From: Polyangiaceae bacterium
GTDB lineage: Bacteria; Myxococcota_A; Polyangia; Polyangiales; Polyangiaceae
Direction of reading: 5' to 3'
DNA length: 58,619 nucleotides
NCBI GenBank assembly: GCA_044376115.1
Contig: JBILLK010000042.1
Coordinates: 1 to 58,619 of the forward strand
Every line of letters starts with the position of its first letter. Positions within the stretch are counted from its first letter, which is position 1. Shown here one piece after another: positions 45,940 through 55,173 of this stretch. Below the pieces are notes generated by a model. The model was not told the origin of the DNA and did not search any database. It worked only from the letters and a program-made list of their open reading frames with translations. The position numbers and the translations under genes are program-made.

Positions 45940-46606
45940 ATGGAATCGATTGTGATAGAGATCCGCGCCGCTGAGGGCGGCGCAGATGCGAAGCTCCTCG
46001 TGAAGAAGCAGCTCGGTGCGTATGAGCGCGCCGCCGCGCTCCACGAGCTTTGACACGACGTTCATCGATGCGCGCGACGGCTTCGTCAGCGTGCTGTTCG
46101 AAGGTCGCGGCGCAAAGGCTCTGTTCGCCGACGAAGCGGGCGGCCATCGCTGGCAGCGCATCCCTCCCTCGGAGAAGCGTGGCCGCGTTCACACGTCCAC
46201 AGTGACCGTAGCCGTGCTCGACCCGGTACAACGCATGCGCTTCGCGCTCGACCTGCGCGAGGTCGAGATCAAGAAGTCGCTGGGCACTGGGCCGGGCGGA
46301 CAACATCGGAACAAGACCGAGTCGTGCGTGACGGCGACCCACCTTCCGACGGGAACGGCAGTGCGCGTGGATATGCGCTCACAGCATCAGAGCCTGGCGA
46401 TGGCGCTCGCGATCCTCACCGCCAAGCTGGCCGATGGCGAGGAGCGTGCGTCGCTCTCCGAACGCAATCGTGCGCGTCGAGCCCAAACCGGCTCCGGTAT
46501 GCGCGGCGACAAGATACGCACCTACCGCGAGCAAGACGGGCGGGTGACAGACCACCGAACGAACCGCGTCGTCGCGCTCGACCGCTGGCTACGAGGTCAG
46601 TGGTAG
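45940..46606 (+). CDS. Class-I peptide chain release factor homologue lacking domain 1, split by a +1 frameshift (join 45940-46050, 46052-46606; 221 aa)
   Basis: Frame 0: MESIVIEIRAAEGGADAKL...HEL-stop. Frame +1: EAGGHRWQRIPPSEKRGRVHTSTVTVAV, GPGGQHRNKTES, GDKIRTY, RVTDHR. Confidence 0.9.
46048..46054 (+). other. prfB-type +1 ribosomal frameshift core CTT-TGA-C
   Basis: In-frame CTT TGA C exactly at the junction of the two release-factor-homologous frames. Confidence 0.8.
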
Positions 46607-46671
46607 GCGGTGTCAGGGCGGCGCGGTCGCGCATGCGATCGCGCGCGTCCGCGCTCAAGAGTCCGCGCGCT

Positions 46672-47391
46672 TCACAGCATTCGAACGCCGCGGCGACCCA
46701 AGGTGCAGCCCACGCGCGCCGTGAAGGTGGGGAAGTTGTCGAATACGCCGCGGCGATCTCCTTCGATGGCTGCACGTAACCATGCGGTCGGGATCGTTTG
46801 GTGTACGAACGGGTTGTTGGGCTGCCCACTTTGATGATCCCAGAAACGCGTCTTCATCCCGCCTAGGTTGTAAACCCGCAGGTCGAGGTGGGCGTACTCC
46901 GGGTGCCTCGGTAGTTGGTTCACGTACCACATGCAGGTTGCGTAATCGCCAGCGTAGGGAAAGCTGCCGAGCAGCGAGCCGAACAGGTGAAAGCGCGTGT
47001 TGCCGTGGAACGCTTTGAAGGCGTCGATGATCTGCAGACGGCAGTTGAGGTTGATCTGGAAGCCATCGTCGCTGAAGCGGAAGTGCGGCTGTTTGCCGTC
47101 CTGAAAATGAAAGCTGCCGTAGGTCGGCAAGACATGGAGCCGCCGTTCCGCTGTTCCGTGCGCTGCCACGATACCGTCGAGTTGCTTGCGGAAGGACCTG
47201 GCCTCACCCACATCGGCTTGAACGACCACGTGGTCAAAGCCCTCGAAGGCGGCGGCTACTTGGGCGGAGCGCTGCACGAGGATGAGCTTGCGAACGTTTG
47301 CCTGGAACCACGGCCGCTCGTCGGTGAACAACTGCTGAACGATCTCGCTCGTTGCGCCAAAAACAAAAAAGTCCGAGAGCTGTGTTTCCAT
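46672..47391 (-). CDS. Atypical short-chain dehydrogenase-like (Rossmann) protein
   Basis: FFVFGATSEIVQQL, VVVQADV, GGMKTRFW; no YxxxK. Confidence 0.6.
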   Translation of the reverse strand: METQLSDFFVFGATSEIVQQLFTDERPWFQANVRKLILVQRSAQVAAAFEGFDHVVVQADVGEARSFRKQLDGIVAAHGTAERRLHVLPTYGSFHFQDGKQPHFRFSDDGFQINLNCRLQIIDAFKAFHGNTRFHLFGSLLGSFPYAGDYATCMWYVNQLPRHPEYAHLDLRVYNLGGMKTRFWDHQSGQPNNPFVHQTIPTAWLRAAIEGDRRGVFDNFPTFTARVGCTLGRRGVRML

Positions 47392-47537
47392 CCCTAGGCT
47401 GTAACGTCCACGTCACCCATGCGGAAGACGGCACCTCTTGGCGCCATAGTTACCTAAGAGAAACCATGCCTGTTGATGCTCGACAAAGGACGCTCGAAAG
47501 CACCGCTTTGCAGCGCCCCTCGTTACCAAAAGAGACC

Positions 47538-47915
47538 ATGAGCCAAGAAGCCGACGACGACTCAGCGCAGCTCAAGCACGCGCTCTTGCGCGTGACGCTC
47601 GACCGCGTGGGGGACAAGTGGACCATGCTCGTGCTGCAGCAGCTCGACACGCACGGGATGTTGCGATTTACCCAGCTGCGTGATCGGGTTGGAGGGGTGA
47701 GTCAGAAGATGCTGACCAAGACCTTGCGTCAGCTCGAGCGAGACGGGCTGGTGACGCGCTCGGTTCATGCTGTCGTTCCACCGCGCGTGGACTATCAGCT
47801 CACCCCTGCGGGCCTGGCGTTGGCCGAGGCAGTCTGCAGGCTGTGGGAGTGGGTCGAGAACAACCTTGAAGCGGTGGAGACCGCGCGCCTCGCGTTCGAT
47901 CAGCGCGCGAAGTGA
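47538..47915 (+). CDS. HxlR-family winged-helix regulator
   Basis: VGDKWTMLVL, RFTQLR, GVSQKMLTKTLRQLERDGLV, VPPRVDYQLT; alternative start 47466. Confidence 0.92.
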   Translation: MSQEADDDSAQLKHALLRVTLDRVGDKWTMLVLQQLDTHGMLRFTQLRDRVGGVSQKMLTKTLRQLERDGLVTRSVHAVVPPRVDYQLTPAGLALAEAVCRLWEWVENNLEAVETARLAFDQRAK

Positions 47916-49060
47916 TGGCTCCGTTCGGCGAGCAGCAGCTCACGTGCGTTTCCTGGGCCATCGCGAGCTGCGACCAACGCTGCGCGTAGTCCTGGCGTGG
48001 CTTCGGCTGGGAGGGCTGCAAGCGCGGCGTCTGCGAGCGGGCTTGCGGCGACCGCTTCGGTTTGGTCCTGCAGCTGGATGAGGAGCGCCAGGTCCACGAG
48101 CGGCTCGAATGCCGCGGGCTGAGCGGGTAGCGCTTGCACGAGCCTGTTCCAGCCGGCCTCGGGGTTCGCGATGAAGGCTGCGATGGCAGCGGCCTCCGCT
48201 GCGAGCTCGCGCGGCGCCAAGGCGAGCAGCGCCTGCACGCGCAGCTGCGCTGTGCGAATGCGCTCGTATGCGGCCTGCCCGCCGCCGTGGTCCAGGTACG
48301 AGAGTTGCGACCCGACCTCGGTCGCTTCGATTCGCAGGGCCTGCCGGAGCAAGGCCGGGCGGGCCAAGAGCACCGGCTGTGCGTTGTGAACGAGGTGCCG
48401 CAAGGCTCGCAGCTCCGTTGCGTCCAGCGTTCCGCGCAGCGTGAGTTCGTCGGCCGAACGCAGGCGCCACTCCAAGCTCAACTTCGATCCGGGGGCGGTG
48501 AGGTTGATGGCGTACAAACGTCGCCCTGTCGCTGCTGCTGGCGTATCCGAAATGACGTCGGCCAACGCGATCACCTGCGCGCCATCGCCGTCGCCAGCGC
48601 GTAGCTCATAGCTGTGCCGACGCGAGGAGAGATGGGGCGCATCCTCGACCAGCGTTGCCTGGTTGACGTCGCCCAACGCAAACAACGACGCAGCCCAGCG
48701 TAGAAACGTCTGCGCTGTTTCGAAGCACGGTGGCGTCAGCAGCTTGATGCGCTCCTCCGCCGAAAGCACGCTCTCCAGCAGCCGTTGCGCACGTAGACAG
48801 AAGGTCAGCGGTGAGCCGCTGCGGTCGAGGAAGGCCAGCGCGGCGAGCTCATCCACTTCCACGATGCGCGCCTGCCAAGCGTAGGAGAACGGCTCTCTGC
48901 CGTTGTGGTCGCCCCACTGGTCGACGTGCAGTACGTCGCCTTCAACGCGCAGCCGATGGTGGTTCGGGCAATAGCCTTGCTCGTCTTTGTCGAAGGCCCC
49001 AGCGTCGTACTCGACGTTGAGACGGTCACGTGGGGTTGTGTTGTGTTCGCCCGTTGCCAC
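47900..49060 (-). CDS. Hypothetical protein
   Basis: 386-aa ORF, typical codon usage, no recognised motif. Confidence 0.6.
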   Translation of the reverse strand: MATGEHNTTPRDRLNVEYDAGAFDKDEQGYCPNHHRLRVEGDVLHVDQWGDHNGREPFSYAWQARIVEVDELAALAFLDRSGSPLTFCLRAQRLLESVLSAEERIKLLTPPCFETAQTFLRWAASLFALGDVNQATLVEDAPHLSSRRHSYELRAGDGDGAQVIALADVISDTPAAATGRRLYAINLTAPGSKLSLEWRLRSADELTLRGTLDATELRALRHLVHNAQPVLLARPALLRQALRIEATEVGSQLSYLDHGGGQAAYERIRTAQLRVQALLALAPRELAAEAAAIAAFIANPEAGWNRLVQALPAQPAAFEPLVDLALLIQLQDQTEAVAASPLADAALAALPAEATPGLRAALVAARDGPGNARELLLAERSHHFAR

Positions 49061-49096
49061 GGACAGAGCGTCGCACGAGCGCTTGCGGCTGCGTAG

Positions 49097-50710
49097 CTAG
49101 CAACGAACGACCAGCGTGAAGGCGACCTCGCTCGGCTGCGCGAGCGGCTCGGTGGCTGCGAGTAGCTGGTCGAGCCTGCGCTCGATCATTCGGGCGCGTT
49201 CGGCGAGCGGGACGGCGGTGCGCAAGAGCGCGAGCAGCTCAGCGTCGGCGAGGTCGAGATCGCCGGAGGTCAAGAGCAGCAGGTCACCGGACTCAAGCTC
49301 GCTCTCGAAGCTGTCGATGCCGACCTCCGCGTTGAGGCAGCCGAGCCCGCTGCATAGGACGCGTCGTGGCAGCTTTGTCGGGTCGAGGCCTTTGATAGCC
49401 GTCATTCGCTGCCCAACGAGGTGTAGGTAATGCGGTATCGCGAGTTCTTCGAACTGATCGGCGTTGGCGCGGAGCACGCTGGCCCGGCCTAGCCCAGCGT
49501 GGGCACCGATCACGCGCTTCCCTTCGAGCTTCCCCGCGGTTGTGCTCACCAACATCCCCTTGACCCGCGCGGGCGGTAGGACCGTGCCGAACACGCCGTC
49601 GATCGCGGCGAACAGCGCCGCGAGTTCGCCCGGAGGGCATGCGCCGAGCGCCTGCACACAGTCGCTATAGAGCTGTTCGCCCTCTTCACGTGAGCGGGTC
49701 CAAAAGCCCCACGGCTCGGGGATGAGGTCGGCCGCGCCAAGAAGTAAGGTGTTCAGCTGGCCGAGCCGCTCGAGAACCGTTCGCACGACGAAGCGCGCCC
49801 CGAGCCAGCCGGTATTGCGATCACAGTCTCCGTCGGCGACCGCAAAGACCACGCCATCGCATGCCGCTGCTACGTCGACGGTGCTTCTGCTCTGTGGCTC
49901 CCAAAGCCCAGCCGCCCACTCGATCGACTCGGTCGCTCCGTACGTTTTATTGCGCCGTGCGTAGCCGTCGTTCTTGGCGACGCGGAGTATCGCTTCGGCC
50001 GTTCGCGGCTGCGTCGCTACCCCGATATGCAGATTCGCATGGATGTGGACGTCGCCCACGATGAAGGCCTCGGCACAGACGCGAGCACGCAGCTCTTCGC
50101 CGAGGCGCACCGCTTCATCGAGTTGGGCGCTCTCGAGCACGATCGCGAACTCGTCTCCGCCGCTGCGGGCGACCAGCGCCTCCGGCGGAGCTGCGCGGCA
50201 GAGGCGCTGCGTCAACACCTTCAGCAGACCGTCCCCGGCGAGGTAACCATGCGCGTCGTTCAGCCGCTTCATGCCGACGACGTTGAGAAGAAGGAGCGCG
50301 ACAGCCCGGCTCTCTTCGGCGAGCAGCGCTGTCAGACGCTCGCGTAGCTGCCGAAGATTCGCGAGCCCGGTTAGCCCGTCCTGCGAGCGGACGACGTAGT
50401 CGGTCTCGATGATCCGCTCGGGAGCGAAGCTGAACAGCGTGCCACCCACCCACAGTCGGTCGCCGCGCGCGAGCACGGCCGTTTGCACCGGCAGGTCGTT
50501 CACGCGGATGCCGTTCGTACTGCCCTCGTCGTAGACGACCCAGTCCTCGCCGACCTTCTCGATTCGGGCGTGGCGGCGCGAGGCGCCGTCGCCCGCGATT
50601 CGAATCGTCGCGTTCGGGTCGCGCCCGATGGTTACCGGCGTCGAGGCGTCGAGCTCAATCGCTCGGCCGAGCTGCGTGGGATCTGGGCTGTGGTCGATCT
50701 CGAGCTTCAA
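49097..50710 (-). CDS. FHA + GGDEF + degenerate PP2C-like fusion protein
   Basis: IGR...SRRHA...GSTNG (FHA); DGLTGLAN...NDAHGYLAGD...RSGGDEF; VFAVADG, AHAGLGRA, LESGDLLLLTSG. Confidence 0.85.
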   Translation of the reverse strand: MKLEIDHSPDPTQLGRAIELDASTPVTIGRDPNATIRIAGDGASRRHARIEKVGEDWVVYDEGSTNGIRVNDLPVQTAVLARGDRLWVGGTLFSFAPERIIETDYVVRSQDGLTGLANLRQLRERLTALLAEESRAVALLLLNVVGMKRLNDAHGYLAGDGLLKVLTQRLCRAAPPEALVARSGGDEFAIVLESAQLDEAVRLGEELRARVCAEAFIVGDVHIHANLHIGVATQPRTAEAILRVAKNDGYARRNKTYGATESIEWAAGLWEPQSRSTVDVAAACDGVVFAVADGDCDRNTGWLGARFVVRTVLERLGQLNTLLLGAADLIPEPWGFWTRSREEGEQLYSDCVQALGACPPGELAALFAAIDGVFGTVLPPARVKGMLVSTTAGKLEGKRVIGAHAGLGRASVLRANADQFEELAIPHYLHLVGQRMTAIKGLDPTKLPRRVLCSGLGCLNAEVGIDSFESELESGDLLLLTSGDLDLADAELLALLRTAVPLAERARMIERRLDQLLAATEPLAQPSEVAFTLVVRC

Positions 50711-50716
50711 ACTTCC

Positions 50717-52054
50717 TCACGAAAGGCGCAGCAGCGCCCATGAGCGCTCTTCGTCGTAGACGTAGTTGAGCAGGTTGGTCACCGTCTCGCCTTTGACCGG
50801 ATGATCGAGCGCGATCGAGATCTGCTTCACCTGTTCGGCGCTGAGCGGTGTGTCATCGCTGAGCGGCACTCCAAGCAGGCGTGAAAGCTGCGCGACCAGT
50901 TCCTTCCTCGTTGGGCTTCTCACAAGCTCATCGGGAGGCGTCAGCGTCGACCCTACGTTGGTGGGCGCCTCATGCGTATAGTCTGTAAAGGCACGGTTGA
51001 TGTGCCATTCAGCGAGCCGTTCCAGGTCCGGTGCATCGCCCCACTGGCTCGTGAGCCCCCAGGTGTTCGACTTCTCAATGGGCGTTAGCGCGAGCTCTTG
51101 CATGATCGGCTCGAGCTCCGGGTTGAAGTGAACCAAGAAGGGGACCGTCTCGAGCAAGATGCGCCGATGCTCGAGCGCTCCGATGCGCGCGAGGCCCTTC
51201 AAGGCGGTCGCAAGAAAGTTCGGCGTGGGACCAAAACGCGCCACGACATTCTCCAAGTTGGTTCCGTGGCGGCCAACGGCCTCCGCGATGAAGTTGACCG
51301 CAGCGAACTCCTTGATCGCTAATGGGATCGCTGCGTGGTCCTCGGCCTGTTCCGCCGCGCGGGAGATCAAGCGGGCGGCGGAAAACTTGGAGACGGCGCT
51401 GGCCGCTTCAAGCAGCTCGGGCGTGAGCTTGGTAACAGGCGCATCCTCCACCTCGAACAGGTGAAGAAAGCCAAGGCTCAACGCCGCGACCGCCACATTG
51501 GCCTCCTTCGACTCGCTGAGCGCTTGCTCGAGCAAGGCCTCCAGCGTCTCGTTTCGAAAGGTATTCTGACCCAGCTCGACCAAGCCCTTGGCCCCAAGGT
51601 CGCGCACCATGGCTTGTGCGAGCATCATCCCAGGCCCGGTCTGGAAGAAGTCTTGGCCCTGCGCTTTCAGCGCGTGGTTCGCCACCAGTAGCGCCTGCGC
51701 GGGCGCGACCTCGTGCGTTCCCGACGCGACCGGCTCGAGCTTGTGCGCACGCTGGCGATAGACGCGCGCCTCTCCGGAGGCTGCAGCAAACGCGGTGCGA
51801 TCGCTCAGCACCAAGGCCGCACAGTCGGGCGCAGCCACGTGCGCTGCCGCAGCGAGGATGCGTTGCGCGACCTCTGCGTCGACTGCGGTCAGCTCGTTGA
51901 ACGCGCGCTTCATGGCCTCAAGCCCCACGCTCGCCTGGTCGCTGTCACAAACGGCCAGCAGCGTTACCGAAGCCCCCTCGAGCTTGCGCTCCAGGGTTGC
52001 GGCCAACGCGGAGGTTGCACCGATGCTTTTGCTCCCAACTCGAATCATCGTCAT
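50717..52054 (-). CDS. Hypothetical protein with degenerate PP2C-like N-terminal domain
   Basis: LLAVCD, AASGEARVYRQR; helical C-terminal domain; 6 bp from the next gene. Confidence 0.65.
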   Translation of the reverse strand: MTMIRVGSKSIGATSALAATLERKLEGASVTLLAVCDSDQASVGLEAMKRAFNELTAVDAEVAQRILAAAAHVAAPDCAALVLSDRTAFAAASGEARVYRQRAHKLEPVASGTHEVAPAQALLVANHALKAQGQDFFQTGPGMMLAQAMVRDLGAKGLVELGQNTFRNETLEALLEQALSESKEANVAVAALSLGFLHLFEVEDAPVTKLTPELLEAASAVSKFSAARLISRAAEQAEDHAAIPLAIKEFAAVNFIAEAVGRHGTNLENVVARFGPTPNFLATALKGLARIGALEHRRILLETVPFLVHFNPELEPIMQELALTPIEKSNTWGLTSQWGDAPDLERLAEWHINRAFTDYTHEAPTNVGSTLTPPDELVRSPTRKELVAQLSRLLGVPLSDDTPLSAEQVKQISIALDHPVKGETVTNLLNYVYDEERSWALLRLS

Positions 52055-52173
52055 TCCTTTGGTTCAGGCATCGCAGCGGACCGTTTCAATCGGTGCGGAC
52101 GCATACGCAGCGCCGTGCGCTGCTCTCCCCATAACCCGAGGTCCAAGCGCCTCGAGGGCTGGTTGCTCGCAGG

Positions 52174-54129
52174 TTGAAGGCCCTTCCGCGTCAACGAAAT
52201 CCGAGGGCGTGGGTCAGGCGCTATGGGACAGCGAGATCGTCTTTCGCACTGCCGAGGCTTGGCATTCCCTCCGCCCTGCGATACGCGGAGCGCACTTTGA
52301 CAAAAGACGATGAGGGAGCGAGCGCCAAGGTCAACCAGCGTGAGGAGGAGCTTCCGCCGTCGGGTGACTTCGGAAAGAAGAGCCGGGGCAAAGGCGTGCT
52401 CATTGCGCTCGGCGCGGTGGTTGTGTTCGGGGTGGCTGCGGGCTCCTTCGGCTACATGCAAAACCGCCGCGGGCTTGAAGCCACCGAGACCGCCTACGCG
52501 AACCTGACGCATTGCCTCGTGGGCGAGCCGCGGGCGACGCCGGAGGAAGTCACGATCAAGTTTCGGCGGCACCAGCTCGCGTTCATGTCGCACAGCGACG
52601 AACTGCGGTCGGGGGGCGAGGGCGCGCCGTGGCCGCAGCGCTGCCATCAATATGCGCTGGAGGTCCACGACGGAGCGAAGACGGCGGGGCTCGATGACGG
52701 TGACGAGAGCGTGGCAGCCACGGCGCTCAAGCTGTCCAAGACAATCAAAGAACTCTCGCTCACCGAAGACAACACGAAGAAGTTCGATGCGTTCTACACG
52801 GCTGCCAACGCAGCGCAGCTCCAGCGGCGCGCTGCGACTTCTCCCGCGCCGCCCACCCCTCCGCCGATCCTATCGATCGATGACGTGCCCGATACGGCCT
52901 TCATTCGCAAGGAGTACGTGAGCCTGCGATCCTTGGCCTTCCCTATCCATCGCGGGCCGCGTGAGTTTTTCTTCGTCGATCACCACGACGCGTTTGGGCC
53001 GTTCACCTGCGACGTCCTCGCCGAAAAGACGAGCTGCCGGCGAATCGCTGAGCCCCTGCGTAAGCTACCTGCCCCGCTCTTGTTGCTGGCCTCGAGCGAT
53101 CATCCGCAAGACTTCTTGCTGTTCGCTGGTGAGCGCGGAAAAGACGGCATCTTTCGCGCAGCCAGCGGCGAGAAGGTGGACGCTTTCATCGCGTATGGCG
53201 GCCACATGAGCGCGGAGGGGGGCGTCTCGATCGTCGGCTACCAGGGCGAGCGCGTGTTCGTCGCGACCCAGTCTGCGGCCGCGGCACCGAGCACCCGGGT
53301 GGATTTGGACGAGGAACTCAAGCGCGTCTTCGACGGCACGCCGCCGGAGCGTGGCAACTCCTTCTACAACGTGCAGTTGACGTTCGGTCGCCTGCTGGTT
53401 CGCGGCTTCCTCCCGGAACAGCAGACCCCGCGGCTTTATTCGATCCCGATCAAGCCGAAGGGCGCACTGCTCGGCAAACCCACCGACCTCGGGCCGGTTG
53501 GTTTCCGCGTGGCCGACGCCGGTCCGGACGCGGCCGTCATGCTTTCGTGCAAAGACGGCAAGGGCCGCGTGCACACGCGCGTGCACGGTGATGTCGGCAC
53601 CATCTTCTTCGACGAGGCGTCCAAACCGAACGGCTACCCACCCGGGAGCTCAGGCAACGCTGTAGCGTGGTGCCGTGATGACGCGATGGTGCTGGCCGAA
53701 GCACCGTATTTCCAGCTGTGCGGACCCAAGGGCTGCGTCGACAAGGCGTCACCCAAGAGCCCCTCGAGTGACTTCGCGCCACGCGCCGGTAGCGAAGCCA
53801 CCGTCGTCTACGGCGACGAGGTGCTGCGCGTGTGGGCCGCTTCAGAGCGCGGTGGGATCCGCGGCCAGTGGTCTGCGCCGAACAAGAAGGACGCGCCAAC
53901 CGCGAACAAGACCGACGCGCCCAGCCCTCAAGCGAGCGACTTCGTCCTCTTCGAGGACCTCGTGGAGGCTGGCAAGGTTTTGGACCTGCCAACCGTGACC
54001 GAGCTGCGCTTGATTCCGCTCGCCAACGGCTCCGCCGTGCTGCTGATGCAGACGAAGAAGGGCCTCGTATCCATGCGCATCACGAGCGAGCGGCGACTCT
54101 TGCCGGACACCGTTGAGTGGCTCGATTGA
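52174..54129 (+). CDS. Hypothetical single-TM protein with large Cys-containing external domain
   Basis: Long ORF with TM VLIALGAVVVFGVAAG; true start probably downstream (about 52297). Confidence 0.7.
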   Translation: MKALPRQRNPRAWVRRYGTARSSFALPRLGIPSALRYAERTLTKDDEGASAKVNQREEELPPSGDFGKKSRGKGVLIALGAVVVFGVAAGSFGYMQNRRGLEATETAYANLTHCLVGEPRATPEEVTIKFRRHQLAFMSHSDELRSGGEGAPWPQRCHQYALEVHDGAKTAGLDDGDESVAATALKLSKTIKELSLTEDNTKKFDAFYTAANAAQLQRRAATSPAPPTPPPILSIDDVPDTAFIRKEYVSLRSLAFPIHRGPREFFFVDHHDAFGPFTCDVLAEKTSCRRIAEPLRKLPAPLLLLASSDHPQDFLLFAGERGKDGIFRAASGEKVDAFIAYGGHMSAEGGVSIVGYQGERVFVATQSAAAAPSTRVDLDEELKRVFDGTPPERGNSFYNVQLTFGRLLVRGFLPEQQTPRLYSIPIKPKGALLGKPTDLGPVGFRVADAGPDAAVMLSCKDGKGRVHTRVHGDVGTIFFDEASKPNGYPPGSSGNAVAWCRDDAMVLAEAPYFQLCGPKGCVDKASPKSPSSDFAPRAGSEATVVYGDEVLRVWAASERGGIRGQWSAPNKKDAPTANKTDAPSPQASDFVLFEDLVEAGKVLDLPTVTELRLIPLANGSAVLLMQTKKGLVSMRITSERRLLPDTVEWLD

Positions 54130-54130
54130 C

Positions 54131-55126
54131 TTAGAACTCACCAAGTAGACGCAGGCCGTTAGGCGCCACACTCAGCGAAAGACCGACGCGCGCCGCGGGC
54201 TTGTTGGTAGCGACTAGGTACCAAACCAACCCTGCGGTACCCACTGCAACCAAGCCGCCGCCAACCAACAACGTCACATCCGAGACGGTGGCTAGCGTGC
54301 TGGCTTCATCGAACTCGGTCTGCAACGTTGGTGGGCAGGCGCCGTTACACTGATCCTTGAGGTCCTCGGTCTTCGCCAGCGAGAGTCCGCCCGTGACAGC
54401 GCCAGCGATCAGCGAAGCGCCCCCAAGTCCGAAGCCGCCCGCCATCAGTAGAATGGGCCCGATGGTGTTGGGCTTGCGGCGGGGTGGAGGCATGATCGCG
54501 GAGCCGCCGAAGGCTCCGGCCACCGGAATGTCGATGGTCACCTCCTTGGATTCTCGCTCGCCCAAGAGCACGTTGACCGTCGTGGGCGGCAGCCCAGGAG
54601 CGCTCGCGGTGACGACGTGCGCGCCAGGGTTGAGCTTGCGTGGCGCGTCCGTTTGCAGCACCGGCGTCGGCGTCCCGTCGATCGCCAGCGTGGCCTGAGA
54701 GCGGTCCCCCCGCAGCCGAATCAACAGCGAAGGAATGCGGCCTTCGAGCTCGGCTGCCAGCGTCGCAGCCTCGGCGCGGCAACGGCCTTGAAACGGGTCT
54801 TCGCCCTTGAGCACCGGAGCTCGCGTCGCCTCGAGGGCGTGATCCCGAGCCTCGACGAGCCGCCCTTGCCGCGCCTGAACGCGCGCGAGAAAAAGCGCCG
54901 TCGAAGGGACGTGGACGAGGTTGTTGGCGTCGCGAAAGAACGCCTCTGCGGCGGCGAGATCCCCCCTCTTTTCGGCTTGGACGCCGTTATCGAAGAGACC
55001 TCGGGCGGTCTCCTTCTCGGCGGAGCTAGGGGGCGTCTGTGCGTGTACCGCGCTTGGAGTGGCAGCAAGCAGCAGTCCAGCGATGAGGAAGGCTGCAAGC
55101 GAGTGGCCACGCTTCATCGAGGTCAT
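54131..55126 (-). CDS. Secreted TPR/PEGA-like protein
   Basis: Signal peptide AVHAQ; ARGLFDNG, QGRLVEA, LNPGAHVVTASAPG; C-terminal LLGEF. Confidence 0.8.
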   Translation of the reverse strand: MTSMKRGHSLAAFLIAGLLLAATPSAVHAQTPPSSAEKETARGLFDNGVQAEKRGDLAAAEAFFRDANNLVHVPSTALFLARVQARQGRLVEARDHALEATRAPVLKGEDPFQGRCRAEAATLAAELEGRIPSLLIRLRGDRSQATLAIDGTPTPVLQTDAPRKLNPGAHVVTASAPGLPPTTVNVLLGERESKEVTIDIPVAGAFGGSAIMPPPRRKPNTIGPILLMAGGFGLGGASLIAGAVTGGLSLAKTEDLKDQCNGACPPTLQTEFDEASTLATVSDVTLLVGGGLVAVGTAGLVWYLVATNKPAARVGLSLSVAPNGLRLLGEF

Positions 55127-55173
55127 GAAGCTCGATGGTACTCGCAGCCGTCTGCAGCTGATAGCGTGGACAC

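Noticed and set aside
46051..46053. Selenocysteine or stop readthrough at the TGA
   Set aside because: Frame 0 after TGA (HDVHRCARR...) has no RF similarity; homology continues only in the +1 frame
46016..46606. ORF-track start at GTG 46016 as an independent gene
   Set aside because: No RBS, the first 12 residues are not RF-like, and it would omit the conserved EIRAAEGG strand encoded in the upstream frame
45940..46606. Calling the gene prfB, prfA or prfH
   Set aside because: No SPF, PxT or SxY motif; too short for prfA or prfB; no adjacent rtcB
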